Under the pieces are notes generated by a model. That model saw only the letters and a list, made by a program, of their open reading frames with translations, had not been told where the DNA came from and did not search any database. From contig NIVC01000996.1 of NCBI GenBank assembly GCA_002269645.1, positions 62,001 through 126,000 on the forward strand: 64,000 bases of DNA, written 5' to 3'. Below, piece by piece: positions 51,072 through 60,895 of this stretch (the first letter of the stretch is position 1; every line of letters begins with the position of its first letter). The position numbers and the translations under genes are program-made. Source of the stretch: Macrostomum lignano. Taxonomy: Eukaryota.

Positions 51072-51545
51072 TCTGCCCTCTCCTCTCTCATCTCTTGCCC
51101 TCTCCTCTCTTATCTATTCTCTCTCATGTCTACCCTCTTCTCTCTTTTCTCTCTCATCTCTGCCCTCTCCTGTATCATCTTTCTCTCTCTCATCTCTGCC
51201 TTCTCCTCTCATCTCTTGCCCTCTCTCTCATCTATTCTCTCTCTCATGTCTGCCCTCTCCTCTCATCTTTTCTCTCTCTCATCTCTGCCCTCTCCTCTCT
51301 TATCTCTGCCCTCACCTCTCTCCTCTCCTTTCTCCTCATGTCTATTCTCTCCTCTCTTCTCACCTCTGCTATCATCTCCCTTTTCCTCTTCATTCTCTTC
51401 TCCCTTCCTTCCTTTCTCCTCTCCATTAATCTCCCTTCTCCTCTCTCTCTGCTTGTATATAATCTCTCCTCTCATCAACTCTCTTCTCCTTTATTCCTCT
51501 GCCTCTCCTTTATCCTATGCTTGTATTTCTCTTCTCTATTCCTTT
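50960..51545. repeat. CT-rich low-complexity tract
   Basis: Directly visible. A shorter one lies at 53560-53760. Confidence 0.9.
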
Positions 51546-51905
51546 TTTATTATTAGAGGCAGGGGGGTTGTGTGCACCCTGGCGCACTTTAAGCGACATA
51601 GGCACACAACCGGCGAGAGGCATTGCTGCCCATTCCGCTGACTCCCCTGAGCAGGCATACAAGCGCGCAGATATGTACGCAGGCACACACTCACACAAGA
51701 GTGTACAGCGGCCCTAACTTTATATTATTGTTAGGCATGTACACTTCACTGCGCCTTGGGGGGTTGGCTCTCAAGGCCATTAATTGCACGAGCAGAGCCA
51801 AGCCAAGATTCCAATTCAGCCCCAAATTAATGTGACTGCACTTGGAATCGAGCCTGGGTCGTTGGCACACCAGAGCAGCTGCGCTACCGCTGGGCTACGG
51901 CCCCC
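51545..51905 (-). mobile_element. tRNA-derived SINE family B, near full length
   Basis: Minus-strand head GGGGGCCGTAGCCCAGCGGTAGCGC...GGCTCGATTCC, tail GTCGCTTAAAGTGCGCC...CTAATAATAAAAAA, and a body shared with 1934-2125. Confidence 0.75.
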
Positions 51906-52146
51906 CTTTCTCTATTCCTTACCCTCTCTCCTCACCTCTGGCCCGCTCTGTCATCAGGACTCCTTGCTTCGCTTTGGGGGCCAACGAAGCGGACTAGAAG
52001 GGCAGTCATGAGCTGGGTTCTCAATCGAGGTAAAAAGTTTGCCAACCCCTGCACTAAAAGCACCTGGCTTAGTCACATTAGATAAAAACTACATGTATAG
52101 TGGAATGGGATTGAGAACAACGTGAACTAGCCTCTCTACTCTGAAC

Positions 52147-52718
52147 CAGTGGTGTGATTGGAAAGTTTGCCAAATTTCGCGCCGACTGAAAATTTTCGCG
52201 CCATGCCAATAATATTCTACTGACAGCCAAATAAGTCAATTGATGACACTTTTGAAGATGCGTCTGGCTACCAATTAGCATGTCTCTCAAGTCCCAGCTG
52301 TGTCCCGCCTGAACTTCTTGTTGGCGATGTTGGGTGGAATCTTTGAATCTGGGCAAATGGCCATCAGATCCTCGGCAAGGTCCTCTTCTGACTCGAAGCT
52401 GCGATTCTTAGTGCAATCCTGACAACACATCTGATCTCTGCCGCCCTTGCAGACGTAGCAGCCACATCATCAGTGTCACTTTGCTTCTTTGCGACCACGA
52501 AATTCTCCACGAATCTCGAAATTCTCGAGATTAATCTCCTAAGCTATGACATTCTTGTATTTCATACTGTCTGACAATAGAATAAGTATAAAAATCAGAA
52601 AATAGGAATGCAATTTTCGCGCCCATGGTTCCACAAAATTTCGCGCCAGACCCCCAGGATTCGCGCATTCGCGCCATTTTCGCGCCTGGCGCGAATTCGC
52701 GCCTAAATCACACCACTG
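52147..52718 (-). mobile_element. Internally deleted hAT element with a transposase fragment
   Basis: Perfect TIR CAGTGGTGTGATT/AATCACACCACTG, TSD CTCTGAAC on both sides and subterminal TTCGCGCC repeats. The minus strand encodes AEIR...NRSFESEEDLAEDLMAICPDSKI, resembling the hAT 'FPDSKIA' region. Confidence 0.85.
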
Positions 52719-52891
52719 CTCTGAACCTCTCTACTCTCAACCTCTCTATTCTCAGCCTCTCTACTGTCAGCCCCTCTCTACTCTCAGCCCCTCTCTGCTC
52801 TCAGCCCCTCTCTGCTCTTAGCCCCTCTCTGCTCTCAGCCTCTTTACTCTCAGCCTCTACTTTCATCTTCTCTCTCAGCTCAGCTTATATC

Positions 52892-53478
52892 CCCTATTGG
52901 AATAAATGTTAAAAACCCGCGGACGCGCGCTTTAGAAAAGAGTCAAACTATTTTACCGCGCTTTAGGATTATTAAAGATGTTCCGAAAGATCTGCAGTTT
53001 TGTCGAAATAAAAATTCGCTAACTTTCCAAAATCAAAATTGAAATTTCCCGAAATCATAATTCAGAAAAACAAAGTTTAGTATGATCAACACTCACTTTT
53101 TTACTTTCAATTTACTGCTTAAGTAAAAAGTAATACATGTATATTTAGTAGAAAGTAGTTTATTTTTAGTGACTTTTTAGACACTACCAAAATTTTCACT
53201 TCTAAATTTTTTTTCGAAATTGAAATTCACTCTAAAAAATTTCAAATTTTGGAAATTGAATTTTTGGAACATCTCTAAGCTTAATAAATTACGAGTATAT
53301 AAGCCCCTTCAACAGAGGTATTATACCCATTTCCATGTATATGTATTTGCTAGAGCAGCAGCCAGTAAGAAAGGGCAGCGCGCGCGCAGGCGCTGCGCCT
53401 GTGCGCGCGCTGCGCTTTAGAAAAATTTCAAAAGTGCGCCGGACACCGTCCGCGGTTTTACAACTTTTTCCTATAGGG
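52892..53478 (+). mobile_element. 587-bp TIR element (CCCTAT.GGAA ends), copy 1
   Basis: 8-bp TSD CTTATATC on both sides, imperfect ~33-bp TIRs, and near-identity to the inverted copy at 55195-55786. Confidence 0.85.
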
Positions 53479-53859
53479 CTTATATCTAGTTCTAAATTCT
53501 AAAGTCATACTCAAACAGAAACTTGTCTTTTGAAAACATGTATTGGCAAAATCTCTGGCCTGCTGTCTCTCTCTATGTCCCTCGGATCCTTTGAAACTCT
53601 ATCTTCTCTTTTGTTTCCTCTCTCTCTCTTCTCTCTCTTTCTTCTCTTTTCTTCTTTCCTATCTCCTCTCTCCCATCTTCTCTTGTCTCTCACCTTTCTT
53701 CTCTTTAATCTTTGCTCTCTCTTCTCATTTATCTCTGGTCTTCACTCTCTCCCCTTAGGAAAGAAAGAAAGATAGAAAAGATAGATAGCAAACATAGGAA
53801 AGAAGCCTATGTTTGAAAAAGTGCCCGACTTGTACCAGCTGAGGCCAGCTAGAAGGCAA

Positions 53860-54012
53860 CAAGGGAGAGATATTGTTGTAGAGTATCCAATCAAGAATGT
53901 GCCCACCCACTTTCTGGTGGATGGGGGCAGTGCGCTGTCTTTGCTAAGAGCCAAAGACTATTCTAAAAAAATCACTGGAAGGAGCATGGAGACCTTGGAG
54001 CCCCATGTGTGA
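53860..54012 (+). mobile_element. Retroviral-type (Ty3/gypsy-like) aspartic protease fragment
   Basis: IKNVPTHFLVDGGSALSLL resembles the LVD(T/S)G(A/S)..S active-site motif. It is isolated, with no RT downstream. Confidence 0.5.
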
Positions 54013-54212
54013 AGGCCGTGTCATGTCATTAAAGATTATAGGACTGAGAAAATTTATTTATTAGGAGTTGGTCCCCCGTTCGACCCCCGCTGAGTGGCAG
54101 AATGGTAGTCAGCCCGTGATAGCTTAATCCCCTCCCAATTAGCATATTGAAAGATTGCTATATGTTAAACTTGCTACAAATTGCTACAAACTATATGCTA
54201 CATACCATAGTC

Positions 54213-55139
54213 TAGAGATGTTCCGAAAGCGAATTTTCTGTCGAAATCGAAATCGAAATCGAAATTCGCTACTTTCCGAAATCGAAATCGAAATCGAAAT
54301 TTTCCGAAATTGTAATTCAGAAAAACAAAGTTTAGTACAACCAACACTCACTTTTCTACTTTCGATTTACTGCCCATGCAAAACAAAATACATGTATGTT
54401 TAGCAGAAGTTCGTTTATTTTTGGCCACTAAATAAGTAGAATCCCTCATTGACACTTTAAAATGCAAAATTTTTTTTCGACGCGAAAACTACATATGATC
54501 TGTAAATGTGTTAAGTAATTTATTTGAACTAGTGCCTTTAAAAGAAACACTAAGGTGCGTATATTGCATTACTAGACGGTATTAAAGCACGGCAGCAAAG
54601 CGCGCCTTTTCCCTGCTAGACAAAACAAATTTCTCTGCCTTTATCCGTCTAGGCGGTAGGGTATAGGGTGCATACTGAGTTGTACATGTATAAAATGTAC
54701 AGTTAAAATGTACATGTATCACTGCATGACTAGCAATAACTGAGATCGTGTAAACGTTAATGCATGTACATGTACGGTAAATGTACATATATATACTGTA
54801 AAATGCGAAAAATATGCAATATATCAGCAGACGCTTTTGCAGCTTTAAAGTGCAACAAAAATTACGAAAATTTACAGTTCCACATGTACAAACTACCATG
54901 TTACATGTCCTACATGCATGGAACAGTTTTAACAAATTCAAATAGTTTTACATGTAAAAATTGTATAATATAACATGTAATTACAATTAGTTCTAAAAAA
55001 ACTAAAATCAGATAAAAATTTCGGAAGTAGGCACTTCCGAAATTTTGACTTCCGAAATTTTTTCAAAATTGAAATTTGCTCTAAAAAAATCCAAATTTCG
55101 GAAAATCGAAATCGAAATCGAAATTTCGGAACATCGCTA
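54213..55139. mobile_element. Intact 927-bp copy of the TAGAGATG hAT-like family
   Basis: TIR TAGAGATGTTCCGAAA / TTTCGGAACATCGCTA, TSD CCATAGTC on both sides, and subterminal GAAATC repeats. Confidence 0.88.
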
Positions 55140-55194
55140 CCATAGTCAGGAGGGTGGCACAGTGTGTGCCAGAACTATTTTGATGCCTTTTGAG

Positions 55195-55786
55195 CCCTAT
55201 AGGAAAAAGTTGTAAAACCGCAGACGGTGTCCGGCGCACTTTTGAAATTTTTCTAAAGCGCAGCGCGCGCACAGGTGCAGCGCCTGCGCGCGCTGCCCTT
55301 TCTTACTGGCTGCTGCTCTAGCAAATACATATACATGGAAATGGGTATAATACCTCTGTTGAAAGGACTTATACACTCGTAATTTATTAAGCTTAGAGAT
55401 TTTCCAAAAATTCAATTTCAATTTTCCAAAATTTGAAATTTTTTAGAGCGAATTTCAATTTCGAAATAAAATTTAGTAGTGAAAATTTTGGTAGTGTCTA
55501 AAAAGTTGCTAAAAATAAACTACTTTCTACTACATATACATGTATTACTTTTTGCTTAAGCAGTAAATTGAAAGTAAAAAAGTGAGTGTTGATCATACTA
55601 AACTTTGTTTTTCTGAATTATGATTTCGGGAAATTTCAATTTTGATTTTGGAAAGTTAGCGAATTTTGATTTCGACGAAACTGCAGATCCTTCGGAACAT
55701 CTCTAATAATCCTAAAGCGCGGTAAAATAGTTTGACTCTTTTCTAAAGCGCGCGTCCGCGGGTTTTTAACATTTATTCCAATAGGG
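55195..55786 (-). mobile_element. 592-bp CCCTAT TIR element, copy 2 (inverted)
   Basis: 8-bp TSD CTTTTGAG on both sides. Reverse complement of 52892-53478. Confidence 0.85.
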
Positions 55787-57529
55787 CTTTTGAGCACTGT
55801 GCGCCGTGCGCCATGAATAAAAGATTTTGTGCGCCGCAGCGCGCCATGATAAGGTAAGTCTAAGGTAAGGTAAGGTAAGGTATTTATTTCTACCATAAGG
55901 AATTTACAGTAGACAAATTTGAATTTCATTTACGTATTTTATATTGTGACTTACATAATTTACGTAATTTACGTAATTTTATTTTACGAATTATGGAATT
56001 AGGCCTGACACTATATATTTTGCAAAATATAACGAAGTGTAACTATATATTTTTTTCAGCGCCATGCTCCATGTGCGCCGCCAGAGCATTTCCAATTTTT
56101 CCTTGTATGACATGTGCGCTGTGTGTGCCAAAAAAGGCCAATTTGCGCCGGAAAATTCACCAAAAACTGCCACCTTCCCAGCTATGGGTTACATGTCCTA
56201 CATGCATGGAACAGTTTTAACAAATTCAAATTGTTTTACATGTAAAAATTGTAATAATATCACTGATAAAAGACAGTAACGAAGTTCTAAAAAAACTAAA
56301 ATCAGATAAAAATTTCGGAAGTAGGCACTTCCGAAATTTTGACTTTCAAATTTTTTTTGAAATCGAAATTTGCTCTAAACAAATCTGAATTTTGGAAAAT
56401 CGAAATTGAAATTTTGGAACATCTCTAGACTACTATTCCATCCAATAGCAACTTACATATGTGTGTTGTGTTGCCAATAGAAATGGCCAAGTGAATACCA
56501 AGGTTGTGCCCAAGGGCCAAGCATGCAAGTAAATAACTTTATACAAATATATTAATACAACTTACTTATTACAAAAGTAATGCAATAGAAATATTGTATA
56601 AAATATTATTGTTTTGAGCAGCAACACTAATAATTACTCTGTTTATATAAAAATAGACTATTTCTCTAAATATACACTTAATAATAGCCACAAACTTTAT
56701 TATAGCCATAGGCCTAATAAAAACACTATACATGTGCAAATATTAAAATAGTATTAGACTGATACTGGTCTGGAACTTTGGGTATAGCTGTAACTCTTTT
56801 ATACTAGGCCTAGGGCTAGGCCCTATCCTAACAAAAACTGTTTGTACCAATTTGACAGCAAATGAGAATGGAATTAGTTTGCTAATTAGGCCTAAATTCA
56901 TTTATTATATAAAAACTAGGCCTAACAGATTCTTGTAGCTAAATATTTTAGTCTAGGCCTAGTGGATTTCTATCGATTCAAAACCGATTCAATAGATTTG
57001 ACATTTGGATACAATGGCATCAAAGTTAGGCCTAATACTACCAAACTTAAAGAAGGTAGCCCCCTTCCCCCTATTATGTTTCAATCTTTTTTAGTGCATC
57101 AAGTTCAACTGTTCAAGACTCGTATTAATAAAATGATACTTACCAGTATTCAACACTAACGGTAACGGGGTGCGACATCGTAATGTAACTTCTGTCTCTA
57201 AGAATGTTAAGGTTTATTTAGTATTTTATTGTAAAGCGTTTCCTTATTTTTTTAGGACTGAAAATTGATTTTATATAAAAACTGTATCAGCGCGATAAAA
57301 ACAAACATGAAAGTTAACAAATTTTTCCGCAAAATGTAAAAACCAATATCATTTTTAATACAGAACAAAAAAACTCAGAAAATTTTATTACCACATTATG
57401 TAAAATTTAGTTTGCATGATATAGGTGAAGGAAAAACGCATACATGTTATGCATGTAATAGATACATACGGAAAAGTTGTATTCATTTATATATTTTTAA
57501 GGCAATTAAATATTTATTCTCATAAGTTT

Positions 57530-57814
57530 TAGTCTAGTGGTTGAGCGTTGAACTCACGACTTCAAGGTTGGGGGTTCGATTCCCGATCCCACAGGAACAA
57601 TTTTGTGTGCAGCACGATCGAGAAGATCGACACTTAATTTTTACATGTAAACTCTGCATTTATTTGCTTCAGTTCACCCAGCTGTAAAATTGGTGCCAGC
57701 ATTAGCTGGGGTAATTCAGGGTGTGTGGCGACCCCAGTCCTTAATTGGACTGAACGCAGTCTTCAGATGCGCCGCAAAATAGCTGCGGCGGAGCTGTCGG
57801 TTGCACATCTGGCC
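57530..57814 (+). mobile_element. SINE family A, near full length, with small insertions
   Basis: Head TCTAGTGGTTGAG...GGGGTTCGATTCCCGATCCC, CORE-like CAGTTCACCCAGCTGTAAAAT, and tail GTTGCACATCTGGCC. Confidence 0.85.
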
Positions 57815-58447
57815 ATAAGCTAGGCCGGTGTAAATCAGCTCAATTCAATCTCGATGAAGCATAATGCAGCAGACTGCAGACAGCTTTAACATTTGATAAG
57901 ATTTTTTGACATTTGAATACAATGTATTAAAGTTCAGTCTGTATAATTTTGCATGACAAGAGTATATAATCATATTTTACATGTAGCCATCAAATTTGTA
58001 CGGTTATCTTTTAATGGAAAATTCCTAGAGTTAATAAAAACGCTGGTGTAGGACATGCAAATTAAATGTTTCTGTCAGATTTACACATGTAAGCTGAAAA
58101 AATAGTATTTCCTTCTGTATTTTTGCGTGTGGTCGCCATGCAATATTACTGCCAACCAGCTGCCCGTCAAGATATCACCACAAAGATCTTTACATCAGAG
58201 CAACACTGCTCGCACTAATCTTAAAATCTACGATGTACGAGTACCCTACCCAGAGCAGTTGTCTCTCCAGAGGCACTGCTCCGAACTTCTCCGATGCACC
58301 GCGCAGCTGCCGCCGTATCTCCTGCCGTCTCTGTCTAGACTCCGCTTTCGTCCCTGCTGGCACCGCCTCCACAGGGCCCTCTTCAGCACAGCTGCTACAA
58401 GCTAGCCCAGGAAGACAGTGATAACATCGAACTCCGCTGCCTGCAAT

Positions 58448-58720
58448 GATACCATCAAAGGCCATGATACCATCGTTTAATGTAGCTCTCTGACATACCA
58501 TCGAAGGCCATGATACCATCGTTTATGTAGCTCTCTGCCATACCATCGAAGGCAATGACACCATAGTTTAATGTAGCTCTCTGCCATACCATCGAAGGCA
58601 ATGACACCATAGTTTAATGTAGCTCTCTGCCAACCATCGAAGGCAATGACACCATAGTTTAATGTAGCTCTCTGCCATACCATCGAAGGCAATGACACCA
58701 TAGTTTAATGTAGCTCTCTG
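58448..58720. repeat. 46-bp minisatellite (CCATCGAAGGCAATGACACCATAGTTTAATGTAGCTCTCTGCCATA)n, ~6 copies
   Basis: 46-bp periodicity, e.g. 58543 vs 58589. Confidence 0.92.
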
Positions 58721-58899
58721 GGAACACAAAGAGCGCGCGGCCTTGACGGAAATCAGCAACCGCCCTTTGACCTCAGTGACCCGTCACCAGCTTCTTCAGC
58801 CGGAGCAATGGCTCCGATCCTGCTGCTCAGACCGATCTCTGCCGCCTCTCCTGTTAACCCGGAGTTGACGTCAACGCCTTACCTCGCCTCCATGACCCG

Positions 58900-59500
58900 C
58901 GATGATGCAGCAGAACCAGCACCTGATGCAACAGCTCGCTAGCTGCCACCGTCCGTCCAGCCTCGACACCAGCTGCCTCAACGCCCGCATCAGATGCTCA
59001 CGATCCGACCGGGCTCATCCGCTCCACCATTCTCAAGAACGTGCTTCTCCCGACCTTCGACGGTACGGACCCTGCTGCATTTCCGGGCTTCTGGGATGCC
59101 TTCGTTTACCGCGTCGACCGCTCCAGCCTCAAAGACGTCGACAAATTTGAGGCACTCCGCGGTTTGCTCTCCGGCTCCGCTCTCAAGAATCTCGGTGCCC
59201 TCGACGCCTGCCAACCGGGCGCCTACGTGGAGGACTGCTGCGTGTCCTCCAGGCCAACTACGCCGACACGCAGGAGAAAAAGAACGCCTCCTTCCAGCGT
59301 CTCCTCGCCTTTCACTTCAGCTCTGCCTCCGACTTGGGTGAGCTCGAGGAATTCACAGCTAGACGACCTCCACCTGGCCACCGGCCAGCTCCTCCGCCTC
59401 GGCGAGCTTGCCTGCACCCTCGACAGCTACGTCTACGCGCTCTGGAGCCGCCTGCCGCTTGAATTCCAGAGCGAGATCCGCAATATTCCTGCTTCTAACA
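58900..59500 (+). mobile_element. BEL/Pao LTR retrotransposon gag fragment (DUF1759-like), degenerate
   Basis: LPTFDGTDPAAFPGFWDAFVYRVDRSSLKDVDKFEALRGLLSGSA matches the Pao gag pattern LP.FDG....W..FWD.F......LS...KF..L...L.G.A. There are frameshifts upstream and it is truncated near 59500. Confidence 0.8.
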
Positions 59501-59921
59501 GGCAGCCTCTCATGCCCAACAGGCGCAAAGTGGTTAAAGTTATCTTTTAACTTTCTTCTAATTAACAAATTTTTAAGCTAACTTGCCCTAACTATAGTAT
59601 ATTTTTTCTAATTTAAGCATAATGTACATATCTTTAATGGTCTACAAGTCAAGCGAACTATTTAGTATTTTATTCTTTTTTTAAGTAGCCCTTCATAAAA
59701 AAGCCGCTAGAAAAGTATTCAACCTTGATATTAAAAGTAGCGCAGCATGCGACTGCACGAAGCAAAAAAATGAACTATGTTTCAAGATACATGTATATTT
59801 GATGCCGAATAAATCAAAAGTTACTTTTAAGACACTTTTCTGCCACAACTTATTTTCTTTCTTTCTCCTTTTATAAACGTAACTTTTTCACAGTTTTTTT
59901 GTTTAAATGAAACCAAAAAAA

Positions 59922-60051
59922 CCAACGCGCGCACAGACTCAGCCAGATACGTGTGTCAGACAGGTGGCGCCCATCCGGTGCGATGCTGCGGACGGTTCCA
60001 ATTAGGATTTTAACGCCGAGGCCTGTCGTCATACGTCTGGGCACGCGCTGG
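59922..60051 (-). promoter_or_regulatory. SECIS-like element in the 3' UTR of selenoprotein copy 2
   Basis: AUGAC (60032-60028) pairs opposite UGAC (59958-59955). Helix II is GACAGG/CCUGUC plus GGCG/CGCC, followed by AAA. Helix I is CCAGA.CGU/ACG.AUCUGG, and the outer 11-bp helix is CCAGCGCGUGC/GCGCGCGUUGG. Confidence 0.72.
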
Positions 60052-60215
60052 TTTTTCTATTTGTTTTTGTTTCTGAATTCAATTTATGCTACTATTTAGT
60101 CTACTTAAAGTAGAAATATACATTTCAAATATCAAAATCTGTTTATTCATTGAAAAAAAGACTTCGTTTATGAGAGAGAAATCAAGAAAATTAAGTAAAA
60201 ACGAAGCCAATAGCG

Positions 60216-60486
60216 CTACAATAGATGACATCCACAACCTCCGCTATCTGATCCCAGCTTCTTAGGCTTCACACCATTCGTGGCTTTCCTCACATCGTCG
60301 ATCACCTGTTTCTCAACGGGGAAACAGCGCATCTTCAGCTTAGAGAAAATCAATTGGCCATTGACTGTCACCTCGTAAGCGCCCCGACGACCAGCAACAC
60401 CGGATACCTGAACCCCGCTGGGGCACGCGCTGAGAATTGCTTCGCGCAGGTGTTCATAGCGGGGTTCGTAGTCTCATTGGACGCTG
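60216..60486 (-). CDS. MIEN1: Second SelW2/MIEN1-like selenoprotein, main exon, in-frame UGA=Sec at 60476-60474; exon 1 not located
   Basis: After the acceptor CCTTACAG(CAG) the exon reads SVQ-U-DYEPRYEHLREAILSACPSGVQVSGVAGRRGAYEVTVNGQLIFSKLKMRCFPVEKQVIDDVRKATNGVKPKKLGSDSGGCGCHLL*. It is collinear with copy 1 and has the TGA at the same position. Confidence 0.82.
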
Positions 60487-60675
60487 CTGTAAGGTTGGGG
60501 GAGGGGAATTATAGATGATCAGTAGAGATTTTGCTGTATTACGCAGTACATGTGTGAAGTTGTTACGCAGCGATGTAAATGTACATCTACCTACCGACAG
60601 ACCACTTTTAGTATATGGAAACTTTGAATAAACTACATGTACATGTAGCTTCTGACCTCTCATACTTGATATATC

Positions 60676-60895
60676 TGAGCAATTCCCCCAGTAACCCTCG
60701 ACATCGCAGCAATTCCGCCCGTAAGCCATGACATCTCAGCAATTCCCCCAGTAACCCTTGGCATCTCAGCAATTCCCCCACTAACCCTTGGCATCTCAGC
60801 AATTCCCCCAGTAACCCTTGGCATCTCAGCAATTCCCCCACTAACCCTTGACATCTCAGCAATTCCCCCAGTAACCCTTGGCATCTCAGCAATTT
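60676..60895. repeat. 30-bp minisatellite (CTCAGCAATTCCCCCAGTAACCCTTGGCAT)n, ~7 copies
   Basis: Directly visible. Confidence 0.93.

Larger units (their letters stand above)
50117..56427. mobile_element. hAT-like non-autonomous element (TIR TAGAGATGTT), split by ~5.6 kb of nested insertions
   Basis: 8-bp TSD GACTACTA at 50109-50116 and 56428-56435. Left part 50117-50580 and right part 56187-56427 align with the intact copy at 54213-55139. Confidence 0.8.

Noticed and set aside
52000-52051. Complete hAT element ending in GCCAACCCCTG
   Set aside because: Only one terminus is convincing, and no matching end with a TSD was found.
60620-60663. Candidate exon 1 for selenoprotein copy 2 (MRGQKLHVHVVY)
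   Set aside because: It resembles the SelW beta-1 strand but is followed by Ser rather than Cys, and only a weak donor (AA|GTTTCC) is available. It overlaps the common TACATGTA motif and has no counterpart upstream of copy 1. Left unresolved.
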